Positions 1-19,947 of a stretch of 64,000 nt of DNA are shown here, in pieces. The stretch comes from the human T2T-CHM13v2.0 reference genome, Homo sapiens. Position 1 is the stretch's first letter. Each line of letters opens with the position of its first letter. A model generated the notes under the pieces. That model searched no databases. It had not been told where the DNA came from and saw nothing but the letters and a program-made list of their open reading frames with translations. Both the position numbers and the translations under genes were made by a program. The stretch lies in the NCBI RefSeq assembly GCF_009914755.1, contig NC_060936.1. The stretch is one strand, 5' to 3'.

Positions 1-1441
1 CAACCATCTCTAAGCATTACATGTGCCTGTACTTGTCCACTGGATTGAAGGCAGAGAAGGAAGGGAGGGGGGAATGATTCAAGGCCAAAATGGCCACATT
101 TAGAAGATACCTCAGATGATAACCATTGTTATGTGTGTGCAATTTTATTTAACAGTGCTGTGTACGTGGTGGACAAGTTATATGAAATATCTAGTCTTTC
201 TAGATATTTGGAAGTGCTTGATGTATTTAAAAGTGGTAGTAGAATAACACTTTGTAAATAGCTTTTAAAAACTGATGGGAAATGCTGTTTGGAAGTGGAA
301 TTGTTGAACCACCTGGGAGGTGGGAGGGAAGAAATTGCAAATGGTGTTTTGACATTGTTTATTAACAAATTTCAGCTTAATCCATTGCCTATATGTTACA
401 TGCATTTCATTTAACTTTGCTATACTGTGTATATAATGGACAAATGAGTCCCGATTTTATAATATCTAGTCTCTAGATACTAAAGAGGTTGCCAATGTAT
501 GACAGAAGTAGAGTTAGTAAACTAACACATTTTGTACACTTTGTTAAAATTTGTAGAAAAGCTGTCTTGTGAAAAGGACTTTTGGAAGTGAGATAACATC
601 AGCTCTAAGTGACACGTGCCTATATCCACCAGGTTGGTGGTGGAGAGGAGTTGGAAGGAATGAAGGGTTCTAGACCAGAATGTTCCTATTTAGAAGACAC
701 TTTCAGATATACCCATTGTTACATGTGTGTAGTTTATTCAACACTACTGTGTATATAGCGGACAAACTTAAGTCCTTATTTGAAACATCTAGTCTTTCTA
801 GATGTTTAGAAGTGCACAAAGTATGTTAAAAGTAGAGGTAGTAAATAACACATTTTGTAGCTATCCTTTTGATATGAAATATTGTCTTGGAAATTGATCA
901 ATTCTCTGAGCAGTACACATTTTGATATTTGTGCTGGTTCAGGGGGAAGGAGGAGCACAAAGTGCAAAGGGCTTTCTACCAGTGTCCAGTGTGTTTATGA
1001 GGAGGCACATTGACCATTGTCCCTTATGTCTGCATTTTCATTTACTGTGCTGTGTATATAGTGTATATAAGTGGACAAAGGAGTCCTAATTTACATCCAG
1101 TCGACGTTAAAAAGGTTGCCAGTATATGACAAAAGTAGAATTAGTAAACTACTACATTGAGTACACTTTGTGTTAAAATTCATAGGAAAGACTTCTTAAA
1201 AACAGAAGTGAGATTGTTAAAATCCCCCCTAAGCATTACAGATGGCTTATAGCTGTCCACGGGGTTGGTAGAGGTGGGAAAGGGAAGGGTTCTAGGCCAG
1301 AATGTTCCTATTTAGAAGACACTCAAATTACAGTCTGTGTTATGTATGTATACCATTTATTCAATGCTACTGTGTATATAATGAAAAACTTAAGTCCAGT
1401 TTGAAACATCTAGTCTTTCTAGGTGTTTAAAAGTGTACAAC

Positions 1442-1789
<348 letters not shown>

Positions 1790-3154
1790 TCAGTACTTCC
1801 TAGGAGTGGTTGCATTTGGGAATGGAATTGTTAAAAGGTGATGCTTAGGAGCGAATGCAGACTATTCATTCGGTGGTTGGGGCGGGGGAAGCGGGGGTGG
1901 GCAGAGGAGGTATGCAGGGAGAGGGGTTCTGTGCTCCTGAGATTAGTTCAGATGGTCTAAACATTGTTCTATATGTGCATTTTAGTTAATATTGTGTATT
2001 AAAGGATAAGTCTTAATGCTCAAAGTATGTTAAAAATAGATGTAGTAAATCAGTCCCTTTGTGAATGTCCTTTTGTTAGTTTTTAGGAAGGCCTGTCTTC
2101 TGGGAGTGACCTTTATTAGTCCACCTCTTGGAGCTAGACATCCTATACTTAGTCACTGGGATGGTGGAAGAGGGAGAAGAGGAAGGGTGAAGGGAAGGGC
2201 TCTTTGCTAGTATCTCCATATCTAGACGATGGTTTTAGATGATAACCACAGGTCTATATGAGCATTTTTAATAAAGTGCCTCTGTTCATTGTGGACAAAG
2301 TTATTGTTTTGCAACATCTAAGCTTTACGAATGGGGTGACAACTTACGATAAAAACTAGAGCTAGTTAATTAGCCTATTTGTAAATACCTAGCCTATTTG
2401 TAATATAATTACAAATTATGTAATTAGCCTATTTGTAAATATAATTGATAGAAAAGATGCATCTTGGACATGGAATTGTTAAGCCACCTCTGAGCAGTAT
2501 ATGTCAGGACTTGTTCATTAGGTTGGCAGCAGAGGGGCAGAAGGAATTATACAGGCAGAGATGTATGCAGATGTGTCCATATATGTCCATATTTACATTT
2601 TGATAGCCATTGATGTATGCATCTCTTTTGGCTGTACTATAAGAACACATTAAGTAATTCAAGGGAAATACACTTTGCTAATATTTTAATGGTGTAGCTC
2701 TGCTAATGCATTCTCTTAAAAACATACTTAGTGTATTCTGTTGCTGTGTGTTTCATTTTAAATTGAGCATTAAGGGAATGCAGCATTTAAATCGGAACTC
2801 TGCCAATGCTTTTATCTAGAGGCGTGTTGCCATTTTTGTCTTCTATGAGATGTTTGTCCCAAGAAAGGCAGGATTACTTTTTTTTTTTTTTTTAGCAGTT
2901 TGAGTTGGTGTAGTGTATTCTTGGTTATCAAAATACTCATATAGCTTTGGGATTTTGAATTGGTAAATATTCATGATGTGTGAAAAATCATGATACATAC
3001 TGTACAATCTCAGTCCCATGAAATTGGATGTTGTGCCTACTCACAGGATCTAGAAGCATATGTCAAACTATAAACTGCTTGTGATTGTGAATGACTTTGT
3101 TCTTTGCTTCTTGTGTTTTTTGGTTTCCTATAATGGACATATTAACTTTTAAAA

Positions 3155-3187
3155 AATAAAGGTTATTTTAAAAGGCTGAAAAAAAAA
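3155..3187 (+). terminator. Polyadenylation signal and retroposed polyA remnant of the NORAD copy
   Basis: AATAAA at 3155-3160; A9 at 3179-3187, 18 nt downstream. Confidence 0.75.
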
Positions 3188-4571
3188 TCTAACTTCAGTG
3201 TTGAACTAAAAAAGTGAAATAATTTCCATCCCAGACATGTGATATGTCCCAAAAGCAATTTTTATATCTTGTAAAAAAATACACAAGCAGCTAAATAACA
3301 TAAATAATAGGCCCTCAGAGGTCAAACATTTTGACTAAAAATTATGAATAAATATATACCATACTGTTACTATTTACAGGACCTAACTTGACACATACGC
3401 TTTTTTTCTAAAGTTGTTTTTCAAAGTAAAAGATAAATATTGAGACAGCAAACATGAAGTTCCCCGTCTCTCTCTGGGTCTTGAAGGGAAAGAAGCTAGT
3501 GAGAGATAGACATTCCCCCTTGCCTTACATACACTTTTTCATGAACTAGACTTTGGGAGAGTAGATTTGGTCAGAAATTGATTTTCCTCTAATGGAGGGT
3601 AGTTAGGTTGGGGGAACCCCATTAAAGATCTGAGTCCTTTACACAGATTGGGACTTCAGCTTTGGTATCACATTTATCTTACAATGGTGATACTCTGTAA
3701 CACATTTGATCCCCTTTGTCCCTCTCATAACAGTAGGCGAGGACAGCTGAGCCTTCATCAGGAGAAGCCACTAATATCATGCCTATCATAAGCCAAGTCC
3801 ATGCTTAATTTAAGTTACACATAGGAAACCATTAGAATCTTCCATTCTGGGGCAAGTTATGGAAAAATATGAGGCTAGGAAATTAGTACCTTTTCTACAT
3901 TTTTCTTTTTGTCTATATGCTAAGCAAGTAGGCTTAATTCCATTGAACTGTGATTTGTTTGGGAAGAATTAAAAAGATTGTTAAAGTTTAAAAGGTGCTA
4001 GTGCTAGCAAAGGCCATAAATAACATTGTGGCTTCTGCTTGCCCTCCCCTGGGTCATCTCTTGTGGAAATCCAGCTGTTCTAGCGTAAGCACACTTAAGT
4101 CCAGTGGAGAGGCCCACATGGCAATGTATCTTTTTGCTTCAAACATTCCTGATGCAAAGTATAAAGTCACTGAGATTCCTGCCCCATAAGATGAGATTTC
4201 TTTTCCTCTGGAATTTTGTACAACTTTGTCCCTGGTGTTCTTAAGTTTTACAATGTCTCTGACATGGGTCTGTCTTCATTGTTGTGCTGGGCATCAAATG
4301 GCTCCTTGGTATGGCAACTCATGTCCTTTGGTTCTAGGAAATTGTCCTAATTTGTTTTCTTGATACTTTTCTCCCCTCCACTTTCTAGGCCTATCTCATA
4401 ATTGAAACTGCTATTATTGTTATACAATGTTAACTGGAAGAAATGGAAAAAGGACAGCAGTGACATAATTATCCTTTTTCCTTTATACAACTATGATATT
4501 GTTTTTAATTAACACTATTTCTTCTTTTATTTCTAGAATAGATGACAAAAGTAAAATTAAAAGCAAGGTAT

Positions 4572-4949
<378 letters not shown>

Positions 4950-6314
4950 TTAACACCAGAATCCTAGAGATTAAACCCAAATGAAGAACTTGGGATTCCC
5001 AGACTTGGCAAAGCCATTTGTCCCCTTTTCTCCTTGACCTTCCTCTTCTCCCTGCTTGGAATATGATGTGATGACTTGAGCCCAGTAGCAATTTTATGAT
5101 TTGAGAATTGAACTCATACATTGAAGATGGTGGAGGAGAAAGACAGAAAAAGCCTTAGGCCCTCTGGATAATGTAGAACTGTCTACCAGCCCTAAATTTC
5201 CGGCAGCTAGACTTAGTTTAGGTAAGAGAATTACCTCCTAAATCCTTCAAGCTATTGTAGTCAGTTAAAGAGTTAACCAGCCATCAGCAGCCAGTTCTTA
5301 ATGGAGTCAAGGAAATTTGTACAATTTTAAAGCTCTCTGAAAACAGAATCTCCTTGTTACATACACATCTTATTTTTACCTCCGTACATTTTCATTCACA
5401 TGTTTTAAGTGTGTGAATGAACCCCGCCCAATTACAATCTTTGCATGCCTCTAGTCCTGTCTCCCCAGTCAAAACTCCATACTTTGTTTCCTGTGTCATC
5501 CTCTGAGAACTTTTATCAGCAGCGTGGTATGGTGACTAACATCAGCAGTCAAACAAACCTATGTGCTAATTCTGCTCTGAAACCAGCTGTTTGATATCAA
5601 ACAAGTCACTCAACCTCTCTGAGCTTCTATCTCCTCATTGGTAAAATAAAAATGATAATGACTTTCTCATACAGTTGTGCTTGGAATTAATATTTGTAAA
5701 GTAGTCGGCACATTGAAAGCTATGGGATAGCCAAATGGAAGATCCTCACTCCCCAATTAAATCCTTAATTGGAATTATGAGAACAATTATTTTGTAAAAA
5801 TTGGAGACATAAGAAAGAATTGGAAAGAAATACTATGTGCTTGTATAGCAAAGCTTAATATATTACAATAAATCTTTCTCCAAGTAACATAAGACAGACA
5901 CAGCCTCTGCTTCCCATACAGGTTTATTGCCAGGTTTTGACTACCTTCAAATATCATAGTCTAATCAGAAGTTACCCATGTTAATAAAAACTTCTGTTAG
6001 AGTGAAACTAAGTAAAAATTCTATACCTATTCCTTTAAAAACCTTTACTGATTAATAAATTTCATACCTATAAGATTCCCCCATTGTAAGTCTTCAATTC
6101 AATGATTTTTAGTAAATTTATAGTTATGCAGTCACCATAATTCAAATTTAGAACATTTCTATCACCCCCATTTTATTTCCTGCTCTCACTGAAACCCTAA
6201 GTAATTACTATTCTGCTTTCTTTGTAAATTTTTCTTTTTATACATTTAAGTGGAATCAATATTTGTAGGCTTCTTTCACTTGACATAATTTTGTGGCACA
6301 TTTATATTTTGTAA

Positions 6315-6748
<434 letters not shown>

Positions 6749-8128
6749 TAATAGATACAATTTATTGGAAGTTTACTAGGTGCCAACTATCATTTATGTG
6801 ATTTAAATGTAGAAACTCCTTTATCTTCAGAATATCCCTATGAGTAGATGTATTACCTCCACTTTATAGATGAAGAAACAGAAGTACAATGAGGCTAATT
6901 TTCCCAAAGTTATAACACTACTTAATGGTGGAACTGGGATCTGAACCCAAGGACTCTGACTTCAGAACCCAATACTCATAATCCCTGTGTCCCAAGGTTA
7001 TTAACGGCATATTCAAAATATTTGAATGAGATTAGTTTTAATGAATAAATGAGCTAAATGGAAAGGTCAAGTAATATCTCACTCCTGGAAGACATACAAA
7101 CACATTTAAAACTGTTTTCTCATACAAGAAAGTAGATGGTAGAAAGTGTACCTGCTAATGTTAACAGCTAGGCTCATTGTTACAAATGACATCAGTAACC
7201 ACAAGTCACAGTGACACTGTGGGCTTTCTAGGCATAGGGAACTGAAAAGAATGTAAGGGCTTACTGAGGAACTTCTAAATACCTAGACAGGAGGAGAACA
7301 GTTTCCAACCTGAGGAGCTAGTGTTGTTAAAAGGGGCTTTAAGTATTTCATATCGTGTAGTATTTTATATTTGCAAATATATGTAAATTATGGAACAAGA
7401 TAATAAATATCTGTGAGACCACCATCCAGCGTAACTAGAAGTGGATAGCATTGCAATGGCTCCTGTGTGACTCTTCCAGCTTATTCCACTACCTCCCCAC
7501 AGCTCTGGTGTGATAGCATTGCCTTGCCTTTTTAAACCTAAACAAACGATTTAATTTTACCTGTTTCTGAGCTTCATGTGGTGCCTAATTTTCTAAACTT
7601 GGTTTTTAAACTCAACGTTGTTGGTTTTTAAACTCAACATTGTTTCTAAGATTCACTAAAGAGCCTGTGGACTGTTGTATTTTACTGCCATGCAAGCATT
7701 ATACTATTTTGTTTATACCATCTCCTGTAATAGACATTTGTAATTCCAACTTTTTGTTGGTGTTTCTGTAAACATGCCTGTACATATCCAATGGTCCACG
7801 GTTACATCACTTTCCTGTGGGACACAGGTCTCAAACCTGGCTGCATATTAGAATCACATAAGGAGTTTGTTAAATTATTCTTCATGCCCCAGATACATAC
7901 ATTTGATTTTATCCATGGCTGAAGACAATGCTGTAGGGTATATACCTAGAGATGAACTTGTTGACTGAGAAGACACTGTTATTTTCAACTTTACTGATAT
8001 TGTCTGAGTTTTCCAAAGCTGGAGTACCTAATTATACTTTCCCACCAGCAGTGAGAAGAGTTCCTCTTACTCCATATTCTCATTATCTGTTGATATTGTC
8101 ACCCTATGCATTTTGTTTGCCAAGTTAA

Positions 8129-8529
<401 letters not shown>

Positions 8530-9422
8530 CCACCCTTTCTTAATCACTGTAGTTTTACTTTCTTTTATTATAATCCTTCTATTTTCTTCTGCCTCTGTCA
8601 GAGTTTCTTAGTAACTTTGGACCTAGCAGTTGTTTTTGTTGCCATTATTTAATAATTTGGTTAAAATTTACTCTCATACATACCAGTGGGAAATAGAAAA
8701 ACACAAGTGCTAATATTATGAATAATAAAGTTGAGACAAAGATGCAATCAAGAGATGGGCCAACATTGTTAATCTTCAGCGAGAATAAGATACTTACTAG
8801 ACTTAAGTTGTTGACTGTTTGTTAAATTGACAAGGAAAGTGTGAAATGTTGGCACTACATCATTGAAACACATATCAGAAAGAAAAGGTGAAGGGTTAGA
8901 GGAAATGAAGTAATGTAATTTATGACTTAAGAATGAACAAAAAAATTTTCCAATGATCCATGTGACAGGAGAAACTCACACTATGTGGAGTTGTTGATAG
9001 GGAAATAGCTTGTTACATAAGAGATGGTGTATAAAACATAAATACTAAACTAAACCAAGTCAACTATTATTTAAACCTTAAAACTCAGCTCAAATATTAC
9101 ATTCACTTATTCCTGCAGAAAACAGTAGTTGTTCCTGCCTAGGCTGCTGGCTTCTATAGCATGTTGAATAGTAGTTATCTTCATGTATTGTTTTTCTCTA
9201 TTATAATGAGATTCTACAGATGAAAGCTTTCTCTTTCTAGGTGTCTCTGTCTGGCACACAGTAGGTGGTCAAGAAGGATTTTTAAAAATACATGAATAAA
9301 AATCAGGTTATGAGTTCTCTAAGTTCTTTAAATTTGGCCATGTAACCCTTACATCATAGATAAATTTACACAGTTGATGGCAACGAAATACATAGAGAGC
9401 TTCACATTGAAACACAAAACGG

Positions 9423-9711
<289 letters not shown>

Positions 9712-9999
9712 TTACAAAAGAGAGTGGTTCTTGGAAAGAAGGCCAAAGAAAGAAAGAAAGCTTATGCGCCCTCCTCAATTAAATTGGCTTTCAACTAGAG
9801 GAAAAGTAAAACAGCTCTAACACAGTAGGTCCTATTAAAGATTGAATATGGAAGAACTCTAAAATTATAGCCAAACAGAAGCCAAAAACAGAACACCAAA
9901 TAGCCTGTGACTCTCTTAGGGAAATCAGGTGGCTACTCTGGGTCAAACAGGGGGTGCTAACCTTGCACCCTTTGCTGAAGGACCTTGAGAGCATCATCC

Positions 10000-10588
10000 T
10001 CTAGGGGCTCAGAAAACAATGCCCCAAAATGAAGGCCTCAGAAGCAAACATTTCCTGACCTTGTCCTGCTCTCCAATTTTTCAGTCCCATTCTCCCCCAT
10101 AGATAGCCATAGAAACTAGGATCCCTCTTCCCCAGGGTAGGTCATAGAAATCAGAACCCATTTTGCCAAAGTCAGCCATAAAACCTAAAAATATTACTCT
10201 AACTTCCTGCTGCTCCAGCCTTTCTGTGTAAAAACTTGCCATAAAGAAATTATCTGACTTACCTTGTTTGACTGTAGGTCATCAGACCCCCATTTCAGAG
10301 AGAGAACTGCCTCATACCAGTAGGAAAAAATGCATGCTTAGGGAGCCAAGAGAATAGAGACAGACAAGCCTCACTGGGTTTCCCCACTCAGTCTGCCAGC
10401 ATTAAGTCATACACTTTTTGTCAAATCATATCTCTACATGGCTCTCTGTACTAAGCATAAAAATGGACAATTTCTCCTGTATCGTCTCATGTGTATACAT
10501 GTTAAACAAATTTGTATGACATTTCTGCAATTAATCTGCCTTTTAGGGTCCATTTTTCAGTAAACCTTCAGACTTGGCCCCTACTACA
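10000..10588 (+). mobile_element. ERV1 solo LTR, MER39-like
   Basis: Starts GGGGCTCAGAAAACAATGCCCCAAAATGAAGGCCTCAGAAGC and ends ...AAACCTTCAGA...TTGGCCCCTAC, recognised as MER39/MER34-group termini. Confidence 0.6.
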
Positions 10589-10964
10589 CCCAAATCACCA
10601 CCCAGGGAAGTCACAATAGCGATTGTGTCAGCAACAAAATTAATGGCCAGCAGATCAAAGTGTGAGGGGAAAAAAAAGAAAAAAAAAGCTTTAGACAGGC
10701 CTGACATTTCATACAATACAACTTTAATCCCCTTTAATATCATCTAATAAAAAGAAGAGATCCACAAAAGACAAAGTAAAAATGGTACAAAACAGATTAA
10801 CATGAGAATTAGAGAATCCCTATTGCAAATCTCATCTTTCATTTTTCCTCAGTGTTCCTATCCAAAAGTATAACTTAATGAAAGCAGAACCTTTAGACCA
10901 ATATTCATGTGAGGGTTTTTAGTAAATACTAGGACATTTATAATACTTTCTCATTGTAGCATTT

Positions 10965-11425
10965 GCAAAGGAAAGGAAAGGTTGAGAGAAAAAGAGAGGA
11001 GTTGGGCAGAGGGTTGAGAGAAAGAGGGAAAAGAGAAAGACAGAAAAGGTTGGTAAGAAAAGGAAAGGGAAGGGGAAGGGAGGTTGGTTGAAAGAGAAAG
11101 ATGGAGGGCATTGAGAAAGAAGGATTGAGAGAGGGAAGGAGGATGAGAATTTGGAAGAGTATAAGAGATTGGGGAGAGGGAGAAAAGAAAGGAGAAGAGG
11201 GAGGTTGTTAATTGAAAAAAAAGTAGAGGGATTGAGAAAGAAAAAGTGATTAACAGAGGTGAAAAGGGAGAGATGGATTGAGAAGTTGAAAGAGTGTAAG
11301 AAGTCCAGAGAGATGGGGTTAGGGAGGGGGAATGTAAAAGGGAACAGGAGGTGGGGAAGAGAGAGAAAAGAGGTTGAAGGAAAGGAAGAGAGGTTAAAAG
11401 AGAAAGAGAGTGAGAAAAGAGGGAA
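10965..11425 (+). repeat. Purine-rich (GA) low-complexity tract
   Basis: ~460 nt dominated by G/A on the + strand; gives the spurious Ser/Leu/Phe/Pro and Lys/Glu/Arg ORFs. Confidence 0.9.
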
Positions 11426-12710
11426 GTTTTATTTTCTAATACCATTACAGAAATATTTTGTGCTCATATTTGACTTCCAACTTTTAAATCAAGGTTCATT
11501 AGACAAAGATTATTAACCAGTTTCAATGAAGCCTCAGTTACCTCCAGCCTTAAATACAGACAGAAATATTTGGGAAACATACCATTTTGTTCGAGAGTTA
11601 AGGATTCCTAATTTAAGTATATAAGCTTTTTGACTTTAATTTTGAAGAGCAAAATTTTCATAATGTGGATGTACTAAAGCTAACATCTTGATGTATTATT
11701 GTAATTACAATTATTAGGCTGAATCATATAAAGTAGCTAATTTTCAAACTTTTTAATCTACAGAAATGGCAGCTTAATAATTCAAACTTTTATAATTTAA
11801 TCACAATATTGAGTTCTATAGGAAAGAAATCCTGAATATTATGCTTTTCAAAGTTGTTTGAATATATATATGTAAATTTTCTATTTCCTTATGAATTGCT
11901 GTGTCATTTGATAATCAATGTGTTTACCTAAAGCTGAACCATACGCCCTTTTGGAATGCTGCATTCTTAGAAACCAAATGATACATTTTGGTGCAATGTG
12001 TAAAATAAGAAAAAAAAGTTGCCTCAGGCTCCTATTCATTTTATATTGCAGATTTCTGTGACAGACTTTGGCATCTAGACTTCTGGCTCAGGGACCTTCC
12101 TCAGTTCCTCCCTGATTCTTGGCTACAGCTTAGAGGGGTAGGGGGATTGAGACAACCTGAGTCTCAGATAAATTAAATACCTTATAAACAAATGAAATAT
12201 CCTAAAATGTTAAGGTCAATTGACGTGCCTGATAAATAATCTCTTAAATGTCCACTGCTCATCACAATTGTGAAACTGGCAGGGACCTTTCCTATCTATT
12301 TGTGCTCACAGCAGTTTCTGGCCTGTATCCCTGTGAGTAAAGTTAAGAATTATATGGATTTAATAATATTGCCCTTCTGATCTTCCAGTGTTTGCCAAAG
12401 TAGAAAAAAACAGTACAATTGTATATAATGGTATTCAAAATATACAGCATACACATGGTATGCAAGATATGAATTGAATGATTCAAACTGTAAGTTCCCA
12501 GGAGGCATGAAACAACATTAACTTTCTGTGACCAATGTTTAATATTGAATGTACAAACACACCAACACCAACCTCTGCAATGATAATGATGGGCGGAAGT
12601 GACACTGAATATTTCAGCACTGAAAAGACATTCATTTTTCAGGTGTACTGTTATGCATTTCTTTTCCCATTTGTAATCACAGTTGTACCACACTGCTCTT
12701 TCAGTGATCT

Positions 12711-12868
12711 CACTTCTCCTCTAGTGGCAGATGTGATCCAATCCCTGCAGGCAGAAATTCTTGTGAAGGTGGTGCAGTGGGATGGCAGTGACTGCTGCCT
12801 CAGCTCACAATGTCAACAAGCTTGTACTTCCCATGCCGGGCACATTGCGGTGGTCTTCCAGAATCTCC
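12711..12868 (-). pseudogene. OVCH1: Decayed OVCH1 terminal exon: protease domain 3, catalytic-Ser exon
   Basis: Pyrimidine tract + ttgcag| then GDSGRPPQCARHGKYKLVDIVS*GSSHCHPTAP[fs]FTRISACRDWITSATRGEV; TGA at 12802-12800 replaces the Trp of VSWG. Confidence 0.93.
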
Positions 12869-13274
12869 CTGCAACCAGCAAAAAGAGAAGTTCTCCCAAA
12901 TGCCTGATTCCTGGCCGACATTAACCCCAACTGCAGAGGATGGTCAGGCAGGGCACAGGTTGTTCTCTTTATCTCGCTGATTTCTGCTCACAACCTAATA
13001 GAAAACTATGGCCACTCAGGTAGTGGGCTGATGCGACAGATCTCTGAACTGGATTAAAATCTATACCTTCAAGGAGAGACTGAAAGATAAGTTAGTGTAA
13101 ATTCACTTAATGCTGACTGTAGACTCTGCCATGAAGAAACTTTCAAGCATCTATATAAATGGCCAGGTGATGGTTTTCAGTGACATGAAAACTCCTTTAT
13201 GTTTTCAGTGTTACTAGAAGTAGGTGCATTAAGCCACCTAATTCAGCTATGCAGCTGAATCATAAGAAATGATC

Positions 13275-13680
<406 letters not shown>

Positions 13681-13870
13681 TCACTTCAACTATCAAATTA
13701 CTAATTACGGTTCATTTGTTTTTAAGGTAACTTAACAATGTATTTATTCTTCTTGCCTTTCTTTTTAAAACTACCATGCATCTATACCTCTTTATGAATC
13801 AGCAAATGCCAGTTTGTGAGACATACTAAAAAGAAAACTCCCAGACTCATCAATGCAATCCTTGAATTAC

Positions 13871-13989
13871 CATGCAGGAAGATGATCCTGCAGCTCTTCT
13901 GAATATATTGGTGTTTTTAAATATCCATACCCTGGTAGCTTTGCCAAGAGGTACCTTTGCCTGTTATACCATGTTAGAAAATTCATCCT
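13871..13989 (-). pseudogene. OVCH1: Decayed OVCH1 exon: protease domain 3, S1-pocket exon
   Basis: ag|xDEFSNMV*QAKVPL[del/fs]QSYQGMDI[fs]KNTNIFRRAAGSSSCM|gt; phase 1 to 0, joins GDSG; TAA at 13966-13964. Confidence 0.9.
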
Positions 13990-15048
13990 CTAGCACAAAA
14001 AGAATAAAAATACATATAAACCTAGGCAAATGCTTTTAAAGGCTAAAACACGGATTGCAGACTCTTAGGGGTAAATCCCACCATTTTTCTCTCTGACACT
14101 GTAATGATGTTGTTAGGTGATTTGTAAAGACCTAATATTATTCTACTTTAGCTTATACAACAGAAACTCCAAAAACTGTTTTGTATGGATTCTTTTTATC
14201 TTCACTACGGTTCTAGGATGAGAGAAAAATAATATCACTTCATAGAAGGAAAAAGTTTAGAACCAAATCAGTTTTTGATGATGCAATCAGTACAATTCAT
14301 TTTTAAATGTTAAGCCTATACTTGATTCCCTTGGTTTCATTGTGATCTCATTCTTTTGACTTGACTTTGCCGAATAAACATAATGTTTAGAGGTTGACAA
14401 TGGAAACGACATTCTGATTTACTCTAGTCTATTGGATATTTGTAACTTGTTAACTCAGTTGTACAATACAGTAGGAGTGAAACCAAACTCATGGGTTGAC
14501 CTTCACATGGGCTAGTTATTTTCACATAATCTTTTCCACCCATTTACCATTCATACCAATCCATCATTTCAGAAAAATGCCTCACATCATTAGAAATTGG
14601 CTGATACCTTCAAGTATGAGTTTTCACTGTTATAAAAACAATTGTGTATGTGTGTCTGAGTTTGTGTATGTTTAGAGTACAATTGGAGAGTAATTACATA
14701 GAAATGAGACTTACAAATATTAGGTAATAAAATCACTAGATATTCTTCAATACATGTTTTTATAAGTATCAATAAACTGGTATTCATGAATATAATGACC
14801 TAAAACCCAGGAAGTCACCTTTATTTTATTTATTTATTTATTTTTATTATTATACTTTAAGTTTTAGGGTACATGTGCACAATGTGCAGGTTAGTTACAT
14901 ACGTATACATGTGCCATGCTGCTGCGCTGCACCCACTAACTTGTCATCTAGCATTAGGTATATCTCCCAATGCTATCCCTCCCCTCCAACCCCACAACAG
15001 TCCCCAGAGTGTGATGTTCCCCTTCCTGTGTCCATGTGTTCTCATTGT

Positions 15049-18875
<3,827 letters not shown>

Positions 18876-18938
18876 TATGATGTTAGCTGGTTATTTTGCT
18901 CGTTAGTTGATGCAGTTTCTTCCTAGTCTTGATGGTCT

Positions 18939-19947
18939 TTACATTTTGGCATGATTTTGCAGCGGCTGATACCGGTTGTTCCTTTCCATGTTTAGTGCTT
19001 CCTTCAGGAGCTCTTTTAGGTCAGGGCTGGTGGTGACAAAATCTCTCAGCATTTGCTTGTCTGTAAAGTATTTTATTTCTCCTTCACTTATGAAGCTTAG
19101 TTTGGCTGGATATGAAATTCTGGGTTGAAAATTCTTTTCTTTAAGAATGTTGAATATTGGCCCCCACTCTCTTCTGGCTTGTAGAGTTTCTGCCGAGAGA
19201 TCATCTGTTAGTCTGATGGGCTTCCCTTTGTGGGTAACCCGACCTTTCTCTCTGGCTGCCCTTAACATTTTTTCCTTCATTCCAACTTTGGTGAATCTGA
19301 CAATTATGTTTCTTGGAGTTGCTCTTCTTGAGGAGTATCTTTGTGGTGTTCTCTGTATTTCCTGAATCTGAATGTTGGCCTGCGTTGCTAGATTGGGGAA
19401 GTTCTCCTGGATAATATCCTGCAGAGTGTTTTCCATCTTGGTTCCATTCTCCCCGTCACCTTCAGGTACACCAATCAGACATAGATTTGGTCTTTTCACA
19501 TAGTCCCATATTTCTTGGAGGCTTAGTTTTTTTTATTCTTTTTTCTCTAAACTTCCCTTCTCACTTCATTTCATTCATTTCATCTTCCATCGCTGATACC
19601 CTTTCTTCCAGTTGATCGCATCAGCTCCTGAGGCTTCTGCATTCTTCCCGTAGTTCTCGAGCCTTGGCTTTCAGCTCCGTCAGCTCCTTTAAGCAATTCT
19701 CTGTATTGGTTATTCTAGTTATACATTCGTCTAAATTTTTTTCAAAGTTTTTAACTTCTTTGCCTTTGGTTTGAATTTCCTCCTGTAGCTCGTAGTTTGA
19801 GCATCTGAAGCCTTCTACTCTCAACTCGTCAAAGTCATTCTCCATCCAGCTTCGTTCCATTGCTGGTGAGGAACTGCGTTCCTTTGGAGGAGGAGAGGTG
19901 CTCTGCTTTTTAGAGTTTCCAGTTTTTCTGCTCTGTTTTTTCCCCAT
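18939..19947 (-). pseudogene. L1 ORF1, broken
   Basis: MGKKQSRKTGNSK... (19621-19947) and ...RPNL...QNHAKM (18939-19499). Confidence 0.97.

Noticed and set aside
1-1440. Regularly spaced palindromic repeats that might suggest a CRISPR-like array
   Set aside because: Primate DNA. The intervening sequences are themselves homologous 300/600-nt units of the NORAD-type repeat, not unique spacers.
10951-11516. 164-aa and 85-aa ORFs
   Set aside because: Artefacts of the GA-rich low-complexity tract.
12535-12924. 129-aa plus-strand ORF
   Set aside because: Antisense shadow of the decayed catalytic-Ser exon; no independent coding evidence.
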